Shown: piece by piece, positions 56,020-64,000 of the stretch
Position numbering within the stretch: position 1 is the stretch's first letter
Layout: every line of letters begins with the position of its first letter
NCBI GenBank assembly: GCA_964016885.1
Contig: OZ024741.1
Coordinates: forward strand, 81,468,001 to 81,532,000
Length of the DNA stretch: 64,000 nt
Direction: 5' to 3'
Source of the DNA: Eledone cirrhosa
Taxonomy: Eukaryota
Position numbers and translations under genes: made by a program
Notes under the pieces: model-generated
What the model was told of the DNA's origin: nothing
Databases searched by the model: none
What the model saw: only the letters and a program-made list of their open reading frames with translations

Positions 56020-58561
56020 TGAGGTCACTCTTCAGCGCAACTGGTAACATGCAACCCAGTATAACCTGTGCATGGTCGGGTCGTCGGTGACTAAAGTGGC
56101 AACTCATCAAGCTTGCTTGGTGAGGAGGGTGATTTTGGACACCTTGCGGGATGAAAAACAAAACCCGTTAAAGGGTGGAGGAATTCAGGAGTGTCAACGG
56201 CCATCCAATAAAGATTTTTTTCTTTTTTATGGAGCGAAAGTCTCCTAGTTTTCATTAAGACATCTCTCTAGGTCACTCTGGTATAAAACCTGCGACTTCG
56301 TTAGCATCTAGTGATGTATACCAGTTCATCTTATGTATATGTGTATGTATGTTCTTCTGGTTTTATAATTTCACAAATGTATGTATGTATGTATGTATGT
56401 ATGTATGTATGTATGTCAGGTCACCACTTGGTGCTACTGGTAACATGTATCCCAGTACAACCTGTCCAATGGTCGGGTCGTTGGCGACTAAACTGGCAAC
56501 CCCACTAAGGTTTCTTGGTGAGGAGGGTGACTTTGGACATCCTGCAGGACTAAAAACAAAACCTGTCAAAGGGCAAAGGAGCTCTTAAGAGTCAATGGCC
56601 ATCCAAAATTACCGGGAGAGATGACCCCTTAGCCTTTGTCAAGGCAGAATTCTAGGAGAAGGAAAACTCTGATATAACACCTGCAACCCTGATGGTATCC
56701 AATGATGTTGACTTGTTCTTCTTTTTGGTAAATATCATCTTGGTTAAGAGAGTGGGACTGGCTTTGTGCAGTGCCTGTGCTCACTATAAAAGCTTCACGG
56801 CACAGGCATTGCTTTATATCTGGAGATCTCTCTGCACTTGTCGTCACATGGTACCATGGGCCTAGCACTATGTGTCAATAATTGTCACAAGTGTAGTGTT
56901 TGTACCAGAGTTTTCAAGTCGCTGGCTGGACTAAGGTCACATTCGTTCAGCGCATCGGTAGGAGTTCTCCTACATGGATATAAAGTAGTGGCCATACTCG
57001 AAAACGAGTTGGCAGCCACCATGTATGTATGTATGTATGTATGTATGTATGTATGTATGTATGTATGTATGTATGTATGTATGAGCGGAAGAACTCATAA
57101 GAGTCAACGGCCATCCAAAAGTGTATAAATATGTATATACAAATGTACATGTGTATGTATATGTGTATGTGTATATACATGGGTGCATGTGTGTATATGC
57201 GCGGGGACATAGAAATAGTCGAGCTGGACACCCGATCGCGTGGTTAAACCACTGGGAGTGAAGGATCCCTAGCCTTTGTCAGGGTATTCTTCTAGGAGAA
57301 GGCAACTCAGCAAACTGGGATAACTCGGATATAAAACATGCGGCTCAGTAGTAACCGATGATGTTGATCTTTTCTTCTTTTCGGGTTATAGCTATTGTCG
57401 CTCAGAGTGTGGGATTGGCTCAGTGCACAGTATTTCCTCACTTTAAAAAATATCTTCATGCACAGGCATTGTATGATAGAATTAATTAATAATTATTAAT
57501 AATGGTATATCGTGCAATGGCCATATTCGATAACGAGGGGGAAGCCATCATGTATGTATGTATTTATGGAAAAAGTTCCTAACTCCAAGAGAAATGCTAT
57601 TTATAATTTCGGTTTCTTCTGTAGCTATAACTAAATACATTTTGTTCACCTTTCTCATTGATTTTCTTCGGTAAATTGTTTTCGCTCCTTGTGTTCGGTA
57701 AATTGCTGTTGTTGATGTTGTGTCCAGTCATGCTGTTTGTTGCAAATCCTTGTAAAATGAATTATGTATTTAGTCGGATATCTCTACGAATGCGAATAAA
57801 AGGTGCCTTCAGTGGATATAGTTAGAAGAATATCCACTCATTGAACACGACTATTAGTTGTGGCATTACTGTCGGAGTATGTATGTATGTATGTATGTAT
57901 GTATGTATGTATGTATGTATGTATGTATGTATGTATGTATGTATGTATGTATGTATGTATATATGTATGTCAGATCGCTCTTCGGTGCTACTGGTAACAT
58001 GTAACCCAGTACAACCTATGCATAGTCGGATAGTCGGCAACTAAATCGGCAAGCCCACCAAGCCTGCTTGTTGAGGAGGGTGATTTTGGACACCCTGCGG
58101 GATGAAAAGCAAAACCCGTCAAAGGGCGGAGACATCTCTCTAGGAGAAGGTCACTCTGATATAAAACCTGCGACTTCGTTTGCATCAAATGATGTAGATC
58201 AGTTATTATTTTGGGGAAAATGCGTTCGATGTTCAGAGAGTGGGATTGGTCCCGTGCAAAGCTTTCCCTCACTTAAAAAAGTTTCAAGCACAGGTATCGC
58301 TTGATATGTTACACTTTTTGCGATGCAAGTCCCTAGAAAGACTAAAACGCTACGTCCGTGATACTTATGCTTAATTATCAAGCGATGGCATTACTCGAAA
58401 TCGAAATGCAGGCCACCATGTATGTAGGTATGTAGTGCACAATCTTTCCTCACTTTAAAAGAAATCCTCACGCACAGGCATTGCATGATAGAATTAATTG
58501 ATCATTTTTAATAATGGTATATCGTGCAATGGCCATACTCGATAACGAGGGGGCAGCCACT
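56020..58561 (+). mobile_element. Cluster of bipartite RTE-derived elements (56020-56330, 56416-57021, 57083-57551, 57969-58418, 58433-58561) separated by (ATGT)n
   Basis: Shared 5' caggtc...actggtaacatg, RTE-5'UTR-like taggagaaggaaaactctgat, zinc-finger remnant CSVCTRVFKSLAGLRSH, and 3' gcagccaccatgtatgt. Confidence 0.8.
57580..57877 (-). mobile_element. 5' fragment of the same R4/Dong family as 51735-55200
   Basis: Aligns with 54876-55120. The 5' end abuts (TATG)n. Confidence 0.8.
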
Positions 58562-58663
58562 ATGTATGTATGTATGTATGTATGTATGTATGTATGTATG
58601 TATGTATGTATGTATGTATGTATGCATGCATGTATACGCGCACACACACACACACACATACAT

Positions 58664-58759
<96 letters not shown>

Positions 58760-59250
58760 CTCACGTACACAAACATTTAGAAGCTGATATTTAACACTGA
58801 ATATACTCCTATAAACTTAAACTCTAATCTCGAGAACTACTTCAAGACTTTCCGCTAATTATCATCTGAACGATCCTACATGTCCCTCTAGAAATTCACG
58901 CATCACACCGAGTCTCTTTCTAAATACGTTCAATGATTTTATATTAGATAATTTGTTTGTTCTCACAGAGTTCTCCCTTCTCCCTCCGCCGATTCTTCTC
59001 TCATTCACTGACTTGTTCTTTGGTCTGTAAATTATTGGACATCTTTGAATCTTGTTTCACCAGGAATGCTATTTCACAGACTGATTAACTCGATAGAAGA
59101 ATCCCCAATCGCCAAACCTCACGCCCAAACCCAACCTAGTTCCTCTTCTCCTCAGCTCTTGCTCCTCAACCCATTATCATAATGTTAGCGTTACTGTAAA
59201 TTTATTTACTTCATATGTCTTTGAATGAACATTACTGAACTGTGACGTTA

Positions 59251-59404
<154 letters not shown>

Positions 59405-59630
59405 ACACACACATATATCTTAGAAAGAGTCGGGGTCCGACTGCTGCGCTCTTCCCGTTTCGACATCTTCGATAATTTCAGATTGTTAACAAACAGACTT
59501 GCAGTACACTGGCAATCTCATCAGGGCGTGGCTTAGGTGTTTGACGCGTCAGTAAAATAATAAGTTGTCCATATAAGGGTAAAGGTTCTTTGTAGGTTGT
59601 TAAAGAAAAGTTTCAGAATAAATTCACTAT

Positions 59631-59675
<45 letters not shown>

Positions 59676-59754
59676 ACCTGTTATTTTTCTCTGAAAACAT
59701 TTTTCCTGATTGCGCCCCGCCCGTCCCTTTAATCTTTCTAATTTCTCATCCTTA

Positions 59755-59788
59755 CTTCTGATGAAGGACTAGCGTCCGAAACGTTAAG
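59755..59788 (+). ncRNA. Minimal type I hammerhead, family G (in element 59672-59860)
   Basis: CUU-CUGAUGA-a-ggac-uagc-gucc-GAAA-CG-UU-AAG. Palindromic ACGU stem III can form only as a dimer. GUU site. Confidence 0.75.
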
Positions 59789-59870
59789 ACCCTTTTTCTT
59801 CTATTTCAAGCGTTAACCTCATATATTCCTTCCCTATACAGTAATGATTGTGTTTTTATTTCTGTTAACC

Positions 59871-60002
<132 letters not shown>

Positions 60003-60450
60003 TATTTTCCGGGAGTGGTTTTGTGTGTGTGAATGTCAGACTGTGTAAGTGTTCGTATGTGTCTTTCATTACTTATTTGTGGATAGGTAAGAAAAACTGA
60101 GGTTTTGTAATGTGCGGGGAAAATAGGTTCTTTGTTGACAGACATAAAACATGTACTGCCGTGAACGTACCTTTTAATTCTGTCTGGGAGTGATAGCGAA
60201 TTTTGGTGGTGTCAATGCTGGTTTTATGCCTCTAATTAAGCTGGCTAAATTTTCTGATCACTCCGATCACAGGGATCACGAATGCCAGGCATACACGCAC
60301 ACACATATACAGAAGCCCCAATAAATCAAAATGACGACTACATTCCATTTCTCATTGATATTCTTCAACTCAGCCTAATTCATCCCGCACCATTACAATT
60401 CCACAGTTTATCTTACCCATCCTCACATATGTAATGAAACACACACACAC

Positions 60451-60487
<37 letters not shown>

Positions 60488-60848
60488 ACTCACATCTAAA
60501 AATATATATATAATATATACATATATTATATATATAAATGAAGTATTTCCGTAGGAAAGGTAAAGGAAAAGAGAGTGTTCTATGTAGGTTACAGAGCTAT
60601 TTATATATATATATATAAAATATAATCAATTTTTTTAAAAACTTTTGTTTAACAACCTATTAACCTTATAGGGGCAGCTTATACCCTTATATGGACTACA
60701 TACATACATGCACACACATATATATATATGTACCTATGGGTTTACCGAACATTTATTATAATGTTCTGTTTGTTTGTAAACAGCCCGAGTTAAGCCGTAC
60801 AGTGTTCGGCAACCATCGTTGACTTTTTGTTCAACACTGACAAAGGAA

Positions 60849-60888
60849 CGATGAACTAGTTTCTAGCTCATTAGCTGTCATCAGCACC
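60849..60888 (-). ncRNA. Minimal type I hammerhead, family A
   Basis: Reverse complement reads GGUG-CUGAUGA-c-agcu-aaug-agcu-a-GAAA-CUAG-UU-CAUCG. Confidence 0.78.
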
Positions 60889-61026
60889 TGTCATTTTTTC
60901 CATTTATGGTTTTCAGTACGCCCGGCCGACTAACTCACTCGATATGCAAATTAGGCTGCTCAGCCGTTAATATGCATAAAGAAAGTATATACTTTCAAAC
61001 GTTCAATCGATTGACAGGAAAGTATA

Positions 61027-61067
61027 CGGTGCTGATGACAGCTAATAAACTAGAAACTAGTTCATCG
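61027..61067 (+). ncRNA. Minimal type I hammerhead, family A
   Basis: CGGUG-CUGAUGA-c-agcu-aaua-aacu-a-GAAA-CUAG-UU-CAUCG. Confidence 0.72.
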
Positions 61068-61302
61068 TTCCTTTGTCAGTGTTGAACAAAAACGCAACGA
61101 TGGTTGCCGAACACTGTATGGCTTAACTCGGGCTGTTTGTTTACAAACAAACCGAACATTATAATAAATGTTCGGTAAACCCATGCGTACTTATATATAT
61201 GTGTGCATGTATGTATGTATATACATACTACTGTACGTCTGTATACATATATGTATGTACGTATGCATACTTATATATATATATGTATATATATATATAT
61301 AC

Positions 61303-61379
<77 letters not shown>

Positions 61380-61506
61380 TATTTATTTATTATTTATTAT
61401 ATATAACTAATAAGCTCTGTAGCCTACATAGAGCACTCTTTTTTCCTGTACCGTTCCGATGGAATTACTTCATATATATATATATATATATATATTAATA
61501 TATATA

Positions 61507-61783
61507 TTAATAAAAGGAATTCAAACTTTGTCTGATTTACTCGTTTTATTTACTATCCTTTAAAATTATAATAATATTATTATGAAATAGTATGGTAGAA
61601 TATTAAATGTTAAGTGTTAATTGAACAAGTACTTCCATGCTTTCTCAATCTTCAGGTTCATATTCAGTGGTGACAGTCAAGTTTGCAATTTTCAAAAGTT
61701 GAAAATTAACATGAACGAGTAAATCAGACAAAGTTGGAATTCCTTTTATTAATATAATCTTCTATACACAATCATACACACCC

Positions 61784-61788
<5 letters not shown>
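61507..61788. mobile_element. Family H second copy with deleted right arm, degenerate hammerhead at 61622-61660 (minus)
   Basis: Aligns with 44061-44260, then jumps to the equivalent of 44404-44478. Confidence 0.85.
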
Positions 61789-61847
<59 letters not shown>

Positions 61848-61853
<6 letters not shown>

Positions 61854-62696
61854 GAATAATCGAGAATCGGAATATCAGCCCACGAAATCACGATAAACAA
61901 TATCCGATATATGTGGCAGAGGGCTCAATAATTTGGAAAAATCAAAGCTATAACTATCGTTAAAATACCAACACATAGAGGTCATGCCTAAAATCACCCA
62001 TGCAGCCGAAAAAGAACGACCAGGAAGATTCGGGTCACTCAAATAAAATATCAATAATTTAATAAAATAAATGAATGTAAAAAACTCACCCGGACCCGCT
62101 AGAACGATGTTAAATCTAGCTTCTTGGGTTTCTGCAATTCCTTAATCCAATCACTATCAGCCCACATAAAAGATATATAAGACTTCTAGAGAAGAGAGGA
62201 ACGAGGAAAGGCTTCTTCAACGAGTATTTCGTTCCATAATACAGAGGGGCCCCGAAGCCAAACAACGCACATGGTATTCAGCAAGGGAGGGAACCCTTAT
62301 ATTAGCGAAAGAATTCGGTGATGTGTAAATTATGTAAGAATACAAATTATTACATATCGAATCAGAGTGCTCAACAGACATATTAAAATAAACAAGAGCT
62401 ATTCATCAGTCAATAAGATCAACAAAAAAATCATCAATAAAATTAACTGGTCAATAGCTAGGGTCTAGAGCTAAATATAGTAGAATAATCGAGAATCGGA
62501 ATATCAGCCCACGAAATCACGATAAACAATATCCGATATATGTGGCAGAGGGCTCAATAATTTGGAAAAATCAAAGCTATAACTATCGTTAAAATACCAA
62601 CACATAGAGGTCATGCCTAAAATCACCCATGCAGCCGAAAAAGAACGACCAGGAAGATTCGGGTCACTCAAATAAAATATCAATAATTTAATAAAA
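61848..62696 (-). mobile_element. Family D element, 629-bp unit plus ~220-bp terminal repeat
   Basis: 61848-62067 repeats at 62477-62696. (TA)n flanks. Confidence 0.85.
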
Positions 62697-62719
62697 AAAA
62701 AAATATATATATATATATA

Positions 62720-62878
62720 TAACGAAGGAGGTGTGGTAAGGAACCAGATGGACCATAACGCACCAGAGTACTCAATGCTTAGGGTAGTAGAGTGGGTAAT
62801 AGGAAAATGTTCAACCCCATCCAGAAATAGCCGTCGAAACGGCTTGAGCTCTGCCGTCGGGGCTGAACATTTTCCTAT
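62720..62878. mobile_element. Family I second copy
   Basis: Aligns with 47788-47982 with the left palindrome arm partly deleted. Confidence 0.8.
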
Positions 62879-62976
62879 ATATGTATATATATACGCACAC
62901 ACATATATACATATACATACACACATATATATATATATACATATACATACACATATATATATATATACATATACAT

Positions 62977-63009
<33 letters not shown>

Positions 63010-63199
63010 GTTAAAAGAATAGAGGTGTAACACACAAGTTATTATATATTGGTAAACGGAATAGAAAATGCTGACAAATTGTTCACAGTTGAAAAATGGT
63101 TTAATTAGGAATAAAAGAGTATTAGTGATTGTATGGGTTAGTATTCAGTTGTGGTTTTAAGTTTTTATATATATATATTTAAGTTTTTATATATATATA

Positions 63200-63290
63200 T
63201 TTTTGGCAGCGATAATGAGGGACAGAGACCGCTGGAGAGAACTCGTTCATGGATCTCGGGAATTTTACCCGCCCTAGAAAAAAAAAACAA

Positions 63291-63343
<53 letters not shown>

Positions 63344-63429
63344 TATATTTTTTTCTAGGGCGGGTAAAATTCCCGAGATCCATGGACGAGTTCTCTCCAG
63401 CGGTCTCTGTCCCTCATTATCGCTGCCAA

Positions 63430-63517
<88 letters not shown>

Positions 63518-63597
63518 TTTCTAGGGCGGGTAAAATTCCCGAGATCCATGGACGAGTTCTCTCCAGCGGTCTCTGTCCCTCATTATCGCTGCCAAAA
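63200..63597. mobile_element. Three copies of an ~80-bp RTE 3' end with A-tail (plus 63200-63290, minus 63349-63431, minus 63509-63597)
   Basis: Encodes [14 protein letters not shown], which fits the DRxxWR C-terminal motif of RTE ORFs. Copies are separated by (TA)n. Confidence 0.75.
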
Positions 63598-64000
63598 AGA
63601 TATCGGATGTTGAATTTGCCGACGACATAGATTTGGTGACAAATACAGGGAAGGAGGCAGAGGATTTGATGCAGGAGGTTGAGACTGTGTCGATGAGTGT
63701 GGGGCTGAGAATGAATGAGACTAAAACAAAATATCTGGTAGAGAATGTTGAGAAGCCAGAGGGGATCACTAATGTAGGCGGGAAGCCGCTGGTATTGGTT
63801 GAGGACTTCCTGTATTTGGGAGCAAAGATTGGGAATACGGAAGATGATGTGGTTGAGAGGAAGAGCAAGGCCTGGGCGGTGTGCCACAGCTTGAGATCGG
63901 TGTGGAAGTCGGACCTTCGTAAAGACCTGAAAATCCGCCTCTTCATTGCTGTAGTGGAATCTGTGCTGCTGTACGGGTCTGAGACTTGGACACTGACCAA
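63598..64000 (+). pseudogene. RTE-clade reverse transcriptase fragment, open to the window edge
   Basis: ISDVEFADDIDL...GLRMNETKTK...FLYLG...VESVLLYGSETWTLT in one frame without stops. Confidence 0.88.

Larger units (their letters stand above)
60535..61475. mobile_element. Nested inverted structure: family A fold-back (60735-61270) inside a second inverted pair (60538-60602 / 61410-61474)
   Basis: 60737-60888 is the reverse complement of 61028-61184. Outer arms are gaagtatttcc...acagagc and gctctgt...ttacttc. Confidence 0.8.

Noticed and set aside
59455-59530. Minus-strand CUGAUGA-gauug...caauc-u-GAAA hammerhead-like match
   Set aside because: No stem I can be formed and stem III is unconvincing. 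It is single copy and not TA-flanked.

Overview
Gene-poor, AT-rich, microsatellite-saturated eukaryotic DNA. The repeat families resemble those of octopod cephalopods (inference from recall, not checked). I found no host protein-coding exon; most listed ORFs are translated microsatellites. The real coding content is decayed retroelements: an L1/Tx1-clade LINE sitting in a (TCTA)n tract (27.0-32.25 kb), a near-complete Penelope-like element of Naiad type in a (TA)n tract (36.2-41.65 kb), an older Penelope-like copy (24.4-26.3 kb), R4/Dong-type LINEs (20.7-21.5 kb, 50.6-55.2 kb, 57.6-57.9 kb), a CRE-like 3' fragment (15.5-16.0 kb) and an RTE (63.2-64 kb). There are also many tRNA-headed SINEs and a bipartite RTE-derived short element tied to (ATGT)n. 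The main hidden signal is in the short non-coding islands between (TA)n runs. They belong to several unrelated families, at least five of which carry minimal type I hammerhead-ribozyme folds (CUGAnGA / stem II / GAAA / palindromic stem III / NUH). These islands occur either as fold-back palindromes or as one unit plus a partial repeat, the same architecture as the Penelope-like element, whose terminal repeats carry a sixth hammerhead-like fold. This points to a set of ribozyme-bearing non-autonomous Penelope satellites (retrozyme-like) that colonise TA microsatellites. All folds were read by eye and none is tested.
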